A DNA stretch of 64,000 nucleotides from a virus. The notes under the pieces are model-generated. The model saw nothing but the letters and a program-made list of their open reading frames with translations, was not told the DNA's origin and did not search any database. Shown here piece after piece: positions 27,501 to 36,500 of the stretch (position 1 is its first letter; every line of letters starts with the position of its first letter). The translations under genes and the position numbers were made by a program. The stretch is taken from the IMG/VR virus record IMGVR_UViG_3300025646_000028, positions 1 to 64,000 of that record. The stretch is one strand, 5' to 3'.

Positions 27501-30500
27501 ACTTAACTTAGTAAACGTACCTTTATCGTCTATTGCTTTAAATGTTTTTGCTAAAACAGATTTACTTTCTTCTTTAAAATCTTTAATAATTTTTGATAAC
27601 GTTTCAAGCGCTGTGTCAACGTTTTCAAAATCATCAATTTGTAAAGAAGTAAGTTCTTCTTCGTAGTTTTGCAAGTTGCGTTCATGTATAGCACGTTTTG
27701 CAGCGTACGCTGTATATTTTTTAATTAACTTACCTTCACTATCTCTGCCACGTGCATCACGTCTATCACGTATTTTATTAAGATTTTCAAATACTTTTTC
27801 TTTAATAGTTTTATTATGTAATGTTATAAACTCTGCTTCTGTAGAAATTTTTAATTCTAAAAGTTCTTCTTTAAAAAAGCTATATATAGTTTTAAGTGCT
27901 TCAGTTGGCGGCACACCTTCTCTTCTAAGTTGTAAGTATGTATCCCAATAGAAACTGTTAACTTTGTATTCAACACTATCTTCTATTTTTTTAACATCTT
28001 CAACATCTTTTAAATAAGCATCATACTCTTTTAAATATTTATTATCTGTTTTACTATTTAATTTAAGCAATTCACCTTCTTCTTTTTCTATAAGCAACTT
28101 AATTTCTGCTTCTCTTTGATCCATGTAATAATTGCGAAGTCCTGGGTAGTTTGTAAACAGAGCTTTAATAAGTTCGAGTTTCTTTTCTTTAAAAGTTTTT
28201 TCTTCTTCAGCAATTAATTTATCCGCTTCTGTTATTTTTTCTTGTAAAATAAAGGAAGCTAAATCTGCTTGTTTATATAAATCATCTGTACCTACAATAC
28301 GTTGCTTATTATCATAGGTGTAATAATCAGGTGTTGCTAAACGTTCATTAACAGTTTCGTTACTCGTTTTAATTTTTGGAATAGTAAATAATTTTTCTTG
28401 ATTTTTAATATCATCAGCACGTGCAATAGTTTTGTTTAAACCACTTTGACGTTTTTTAATTTCGTCATTAAGTATTTTAATAGCTAATTCTTCAGCAGCT
28501 TCACGCTTACTAAGTATAGTTGTTTTAGCACCAACAGTTGCTTTGTTACCATAAGCAACATCAAAGGTGTCGTAGAATTGATTTGGATTATAAAAGTTTT
28601 CAGAGCTTTTAATAAATTTTTGAATTCTTAAACCCATGTTAATTGTTTGTTGTTGCTCTAACGTAAGCTCTTCAAAATCATTTTTACCTTGTAGCTTTGC
28701 TAATTCTTTTTTCTTTTGAAACTCAGTAAGACTTTCATCTTGTATAATACGTTTAATCACACTTGTAATTGTCTTGTACTTATATGATTTATATTTAATA
28801 TCATCTTCAAATTGTTTGCTAACATTTTCAACAATTCGATTTTGTATTTCAGGAATATCTGTATGATCAACAAAGCGTGCTAAATAAATATAGCCTAAAA
28901 TACCTTTAACAAATGTTTCATTAAATTCTACAATTTTATTATTAGTAGCAGACACTTCTATAATTTTGTCTGTTAGTGCTTTAATTTCAGCATCAAATAA
29001 TTCTGATAATTCTTCTGGAGATTTTTTAGTTCCTGCATTATCTAAAATATATTTTTCTTTTGCATCACGTAACAGCATGTTGTAGTAATCAATAAATGTA
29101 TTAAGACTAGATGTATCTTTTTTAAACAAACCTACAGCAGCTGTAATATCTCTTACACGAATAAACTGGCCAGGTTTAAAATCTTTCTTTAATTTTTCTA
29201 ACAAGTCAGTCCATGTAATACGTAAGCTATTATATAATTGATTAGCACTACCAACATTTTTATTAGTAGCCATGTTTTCTGCCATCATATCGTTGATAAA
29301 TTCTTTACGCATTAACATTAATTCATATATACGAGAACCAACAAAACCAGCATCACCTTCTTTAAAGATAGGTTCATATAAAGTTCTTTGTGTATCTGCA
29401 GCTACAAGTTTAATATTATTTTGTTTATAAATAATTCCATTAAAATCACCGGAGTATTCTTCATTATCTCTAAGATTAGTATCGTCCAAAATAATACGAC
29501 CAAGTCTATCGTTATAGTATGTTGTTTGACGATCAATTTCTCTTAGTATAGAGAACCCGCGATTAAAATGAAAGTTAACACTATTAGTAATAGCATTACC
29601 TTCTCCTAGTAAATTGTTAATACTAATTGTTTGTAAGCGTAAGTTGTTATCTTTTTCACGGATTAATTCAAAATCACGTACAGCTTTTATGTCTTCTAAA
29701 CTAACAGTATAATTAGGTCTCTTTAGTACGTTGCGTATGTATTGGTCTTTATGGTAATTAATAAACCATATTAACAAATTAGCTTTAGTAAAGTCATCAC
29801 CTTCTGCGCTAGGATCATTTGTTTTAATATGTGCGTTTATAAAATGCTGAATTGTTTTGTATTCACCTTCTAATATTGAAAACACTTCATCACGACTAAT
29901 ACCAAACTCTTTTAGCATTCTTACAATTTCTTCTGAGTCTAAATTAAAGTCATTGTTTCTAATAACATTTTTAAAGTAATCAAAAAATCTTGTACTTGTT
30001 TCTAAAAGATCTATCTGATTAACTTTAAAAATTTCTTTGTAAGTTAATTTAGTCTTTTTAATTTTGTAACGCAACGATTTAATTCTTTGCAGTTCATTAA
30101 TATACGTGTTAACTTTTCCTGGTACTTTGCCTTCTTCTCCAAATATAGCTTTATCTTTTAAAGCATCTTCTCCTGTAAGATAAACACCTTCATTTTTCTT
30201 TGTAGTAGCAAGCGCAATCATTGTTTGAAGTTGATCTTGCGTAAACCCTTCACTTAAAATTTGTTCTTTAAGAGCTTCTGTTTGTTTAATAACACGATCA
30301 AGCGTAACTACTTTAGGTACATATTGATTAGAAGTGCTTGTAGTTTTCGCATATAAATGATCTGTAGCAGTTTCAATAACGTCTCCTGCAAACACAGTCA
30401 AAAGTAAACGATCACTTTGATCAAGCTCAATATTAAATTTTTTACTTATATGTTCACTTATATACTCATCGATTTTAACATCTTGTATTTCTTCTAATGT

Positions 30501-33500
30501 ACCTTCTTTTATTTGTTTTTCTACTTCAGCTTTTGATGGGAAGTCATAGAAAAACATAAGACTTAATTTATCACCACGGAAAATTAAATGTTCCATATTA
30601 AAACCGTAACGGTCTTTTTTATTTGTAATTTGCTGCGAAAGTCTTAAACGCTTTTCTACGTTTGCTAACAAAGCTGCTTCTGGTTTTGAAATAGTTTTGT
30701 TTCTTTTTTTAATTAATAATTCATCACGTGTAGTTTGTAATAAGTTTAAGTAATCAACAGCGTTAAATCCATCTAGTTGATCAGCTACTCGCTTGTTCAT
30801 GTATTGATTAATTGAAATTAAATAAGACTTAAGTACGTATCCATAAACAATATGTTTTACAATATCATCCGGACTCTTAAAGTCTTTACGTGTAGGATCA
30901 CTATTATAAATTTTTTCTGCAAGACTGTATATACCTGAACCGTTTTTAGGCTTTAAGTCTAAATCAAAGTTTTTAAGAGGTATAATTTTTTCTAACTGTG
31001 CATACAGTTCATCTAATGTAATACGATCTTTATACCAATCTTTCCATGCGTTTTTTAAACTACTTAAATGAGAATAGTTAATTGTGTCTTTATTATGTTT
31101 AGCAATAAGTTTATAGTGACGTTTACGAGCTTCTTGTATAATGTCGTAAAAGTTTTTTAAATGATATTGTTGCGCATTTAAAAGACTTATACCTTCATCT
31201 GCGCTACCGTATCTGTTGTATGCAGAGGCTTTAAATAACTCAAGCATACTTTTCTTTCTTTTCTTATAAGGGTCTCTAAAGACTTTTTCAAGATCGGTTA
31301 CTATAGGACTTGTTAATTCTTTATTAATTTCTAAGAAAGATAAAACATTTTGTGAAGCGGTATCTTCGCTGAACTGTGTTTTAATGTGCTGTTGAATTAT
31401 AGGTATAATTTTTTTGTATGCGATTTTGTTTGTTTTTTCAATGTGTTTTACAATTCCATAAATAGAGTTCTTTAATCTAAGTATTTCTGAAGTTGTTTCA
31501 GGTTTTAAAACATTGTAGTAATTTATTTTATCTACTAAAGGATCATCACCATAAGTTTTTTGCATGTATGTTAATGCTTTTATAATCTTATCAAACAGTC
31601 CTCGTTGTACTAAGTTAGCTACTAAAACCGGGTCGTTTAAATCTTTTTTAAGCTTACTTAAATCGTAACCTTTCTTAATAAATTTTCCTTTAAAGAAGTT
31701 AACACCTATAGTTTCTAAATCGTAATCACCTTTGATGCGATCATAGAAATCAAAAAACATATTATTAAGTTTAGCTTCTTCTTGTATACGTCTAAACGTT
31801 TCGGTGTTAAATAAATTAGTACCTTCACCGTAGCTCTTTAAGATCGGCACAAAACCTTGTAAGTTCTTTTTTGTATAACGTTGTTGATAAAACAAACTTA
31901 ATTTATTTAATAACTCACTAGCTGTAACTTTGTTTGTAGTATCTAAACGTTCTTTGTAAATAAGGTTTAAATCTTTTAACCACAAATCTACAATAACTTT
32001 TTTACCTTGCACGTTTAATACTTCAGGTACAGGTTTAATTGTTTCATCTCTAACAGTGTAACGATCAACCATATCAAAGTCGTCTTTATTATTTTTTTGG
32101 ATATCTTCTATTTCATTATATTTAGTTTCAGATAAAATAAACACTTCACTAATGTTGTATTCTTCTCCGTTCATAACACGTTTATAAAGAGCTGCTAAAC
32201 TTTCGTTGCCACCAAAACTCCATTGTTCGTCAGGTACAACAAAAACAGCTGTACCATCTTCTGTTACAATTCGAAGATCAGCATTTTTTGTTTGCTCATT
32301 AGCTGTTAAGTTATCTTTAGCTTTATTAAATTCTTTTTTGTCATTTTTACCAAACACATGTCTTACAAAATAAAGATTTAGTTTAGGAATACCAGGCACA
32401 TCTGTTCTATCTTTAAACACTTCTCGTCTACGATAAAGACGATCTGCACCTGTAGGATCAATGCCAAGTACGTAATCTTTTAAATCTGTATCAACGGTAT
32501 TGTTAAAGTAGTCTTGTGCTAAATCATCGTCTGCTTGCATGCGAGTATAAATTGTGTCAAAGTCTGCAAATGCATCTAACTCAATGCGTTTATTAATTTC
32601 TGTGTAATGTTTTAAAACAGCTTGAAGATTACCAATCTTTGTTGTTACTCTATTTACGTAACGTTTATATCTTGGTGTATCTTTATCTTCAATATTTTGT
32701 TTTTTAAATGTAGCTAGATCTTCTTTAGCATCAGCTATTCTTTCTTCTATGCGAGTAAGATTACTGTCTTGCGCTAAACCTTTTACAGTTTTACGATCTT
32801 TGAAAAAGATGTCGCGTATAATTTGTTTAATATTACTGGGGCTAACAATGACACTTTGTTCATTACCTTCAGGACTTTTAATCGTGTAGCCTTCAAAGTC
32901 TTTTGGATTAATTTGACTTAATTTTAAAAGCGTTAAAAGTAATAAAGTATTATTATTACGCAACACACCTTTGTTATCTAATAAATCTACGGTAAATAAA
33001 TCTTTAACAGTGCCGTCTTTGTTAGTTGCTTTAAAAGTGTATGTTTTGGGTAAACGTGTATTACCTTTGTTTTCTTCTGCTGTATAACGTTGAGCCGCTC
33101 TAAAAATATAATCCGCAAACGTTCTAAATCTATTATCGTAAATAGCTCTGAAATCTATTTTATTTGTATCTAAGTCTGTTTCAAATATTTCATTGACTAA
33201 TAATAAACGTTGTCGTAACTCTATAACACCTGGATCTGAAAACAAGTTGTACAACTCTTCAGTAGCTCCTGGTTGCTTCATGAATATTTCTTTGTCAATA
33301 CTAAAAGAGTTGTATGTTAGTAATGTACCAAACTCTTGTATTAACATATCGTAGCTTGCAACAGCTGCGGCTTCTAAACTAGTTACTTTTGTAGCAGGAT
33401 CTAATGCTGCCATACGATTACCTATTGTAGTAACTAGATTTAAAACATCTCTTCTTGTAACACCATGAATAAAAATTAAATCAAACATAGTATATTCAAT

Positions 33501-36500
33501 AGCTTTATTCATTTTTTCTGTTTGGTATTTAAAAATTATTTCTCCGTCTCTTTGTTCGATACGGTTAAAATTATCAAAGCTTCTTAACGTAGTTTTATTT
33601 GCATAGTCTTCTTGATAATATTTAGACACCGCGTTTAAAAGCTTAAACATAATATGTCCATACTGATTAGAACGCGCACCTTCTTTAGCTGACGCAAGGT
33701 CTTTAAATATTTCTCTTATTTCTTGTGACTCTGCAATAGCTTTTTTACGTATAGAAGGATTTAAACTAGCGTTATAATCAGATATGCTTTTCTTTAAACT
33801 ACTTTCAAATCTTCGAAGATCAACAGTTAATTCGTTTAAAGTGTCTAAAAATAACGATCCGTATTTATTTTTATTTAAAATAGCATGTACTACTTTATTT
33901 GTTTCTCTTACAATATCGTTTAGTTCTGTAAACTTATTTTGATCTTCACTTATTTTAAGTAAATATTTTCTAGCATCAATATTAGTTGCATCTGCTCCTA
34001 AACGTTTCTTAGCAACATTTATTAATGCACTTTTAAACATTGCAGTATAACTACGTTGATCACCGATTCGTTTAGTCAAATTAACGCGTACATCAACTTT
34101 ACCATTTTTTAAATAAAGCTTACTAATTTCTTTAGCAATAGTTTGACGGCTGTCTTTGCTTTTAATTTTTAAATCAGCAATTGTAAGCAGCTCCGGATAT
34201 TTCTTTATTAACAACGCAATTTTAAAACTAAACACATTAACTTGTTCTTCGTACTCAGAAGTACTACGTGCATTATTCTTTAAAAGCTGTAAAATGTTAA
34301 CGTCTTTACTATTTTTAACATCATAAAAAAGTGACATGTTTAAACTGTATTGGATAAAAGGTGGTAGTAAAACAAAAGGTTGTTTTAATTTTAAAACTTT
34401 ACCACGTCCTTGTGCTTGATCTCCAGATAAACGTACAACACGATTTGGATCTAACAAGAATTGTACAATATTAACTAAAGCAAGTTCACGTCTTTGGTTT
34501 ACACTGCTAGGTAATTTTGAAATATCATAATCTAAAGCAGTACGAATAGTAATAGGTCCGTACTTTGCGTCTTTAATTCTAGTAATAACATTTTCACTAC
34601 GTTGATCTTCGGTTAATTTTTTATTAAACTCACTGTCGCTAGCAGATTCATCATATAAAGAAACAATGCGTTCTTTTTCTAAACGATGTTGTTCTCTTTC
34701 TGCTTCAGCTTTATTAAAACGTTCTTCTGTTTGAACACGAACACCTTCATCTTCAGGTGTAAGATCATCTTCCGCGTTCATTTTAAAACGTACAATAGAT
34801 GCGTCGCGTAAACCTTTAATGTCAGGTTCAGCAATATTAATTAATTCATCAACAAATTCTGACTCCATTAAGTCATTAACAATACTTGTAGCAATTGCTT
34901 TATTTTTTAAAGCCTGTTGTATATCGTATTTAGAAATATCGTCAGGTAATATTTCACTTATACTAGAGCGTTTAAATAAAGTAAGTTTGTTTTTATCGTG
35001 GTCAACGTAATCATATAAATATGTTTTAACATATCTATAGATAGGAGTATTTTTTAAATTAATTTCAAATCTATTTCTAATATCATCAAGTAATTCTTTT
35101 TGATAGTTAGTTAAGTCGTTTGTTGTTTTTGCAAAATCATCATCAAGTTCTTTTAATAACTCCGCTGCTTTTTTAAATGCCAAAACAATAGGATTAGTAC
35201 TGCTGTTTAAATCTGTTTTGTTTTTATACAACTTCATTTGTTCTTGCATAACATAACGATAAAGCATGCTTGTTGTTAAATTATCTGCAAGAATTGTTGT
35301 AGTGCTTGTAGTTTTTATTTGACTTACAGCTTCAATAGATGCGTATATCTTTCTAAGCGTATACGATTCAAGTAGTTTATCTTTATCTGCTTGATCTAAA
35401 TTAGATTCATTAATGTAGGCAACTAATGTTTTAACACGGTTAGCTTTAGATAATGCGGTCCATTGTTTTAAGTCAATATCAAAAAACTTGTGGTTAAAGT
35501 TTAATAAGTCTTCAAACACGTCTTTACCTAAATACTGATTTAAAAGTTTATTAACTTGTGTTTGAAAATTATCTTTTAATACAATACCAACATCGTTTAT
35601 TTCTTTAGCATTTTTATAGATATCAATAAAAAATTCTTTTGTAATGTTTTCATTAACATCAACGGTAACTTTTTTACCGTTTGCATCTGTATAATCAATT
35701 TGAAATTTAATTCCATTTAAAAAATTAACGCGTTGAATTTCATTCATTACTTCTAAAGCACGATCTAATTTATCGTTAACAAACCCAGCTATAAGTTTAG
35801 TAGGGTCTTTTTCTCCAGCACGAATACGTTTTTGCAGTGCTCGATAATCTTCTCGATTAATTTGAATCTTACCTTTAATACGTTTGTTACCTGAAGTATA
35901 ACCTTCTAATTCTTTTCTTGCAGTTTCAAGTTTATCAAGCTTTGCAATAACAGCATCAATATCTTTTTTAATAGTTTGATAACCAGCATCGTTGTTTAAA
36001 TATTCAATATCAAATTTACTTTCTAGTTCTTTTTGTTTTGTTTGAAGATCAGTAAGTTTTTTGTTTTCATCTTCAATGTCAGATTTAGTTTTAGTTAATT
36101 TGCCATCTAATTTTTTAAATTCTAGTTCTAAAGATTCGCTAGCCTTTTGTGGAATCAAATCATTGATATACGCTCTAAATGCATACAGCATACTTAATGT
36201 ATTGATTGCATAATCATCTGCACGTATGGTAGCTAGGTTTAAAATGTTTAATGCGCTTTCGTAATATGTAATATATTTTTCGTACACAAGATCATTTTTA
36301 ATCATCATTTCATAATCTAAAAATGCTGCGCTTAAAGCGTTACGACGCAATGTTTGATCTTTCGAAAGATTTGTTTCGCCACGTAATTTGTTTAATTCGT
36401 CAAGGTACTGATCTTTGTTAGCCTCCGTAATTGTTATAGCGGCTTGATTACCAATTTTTACATCAACTGCTCTCATTGTAAAACTACGTCTATGATTACG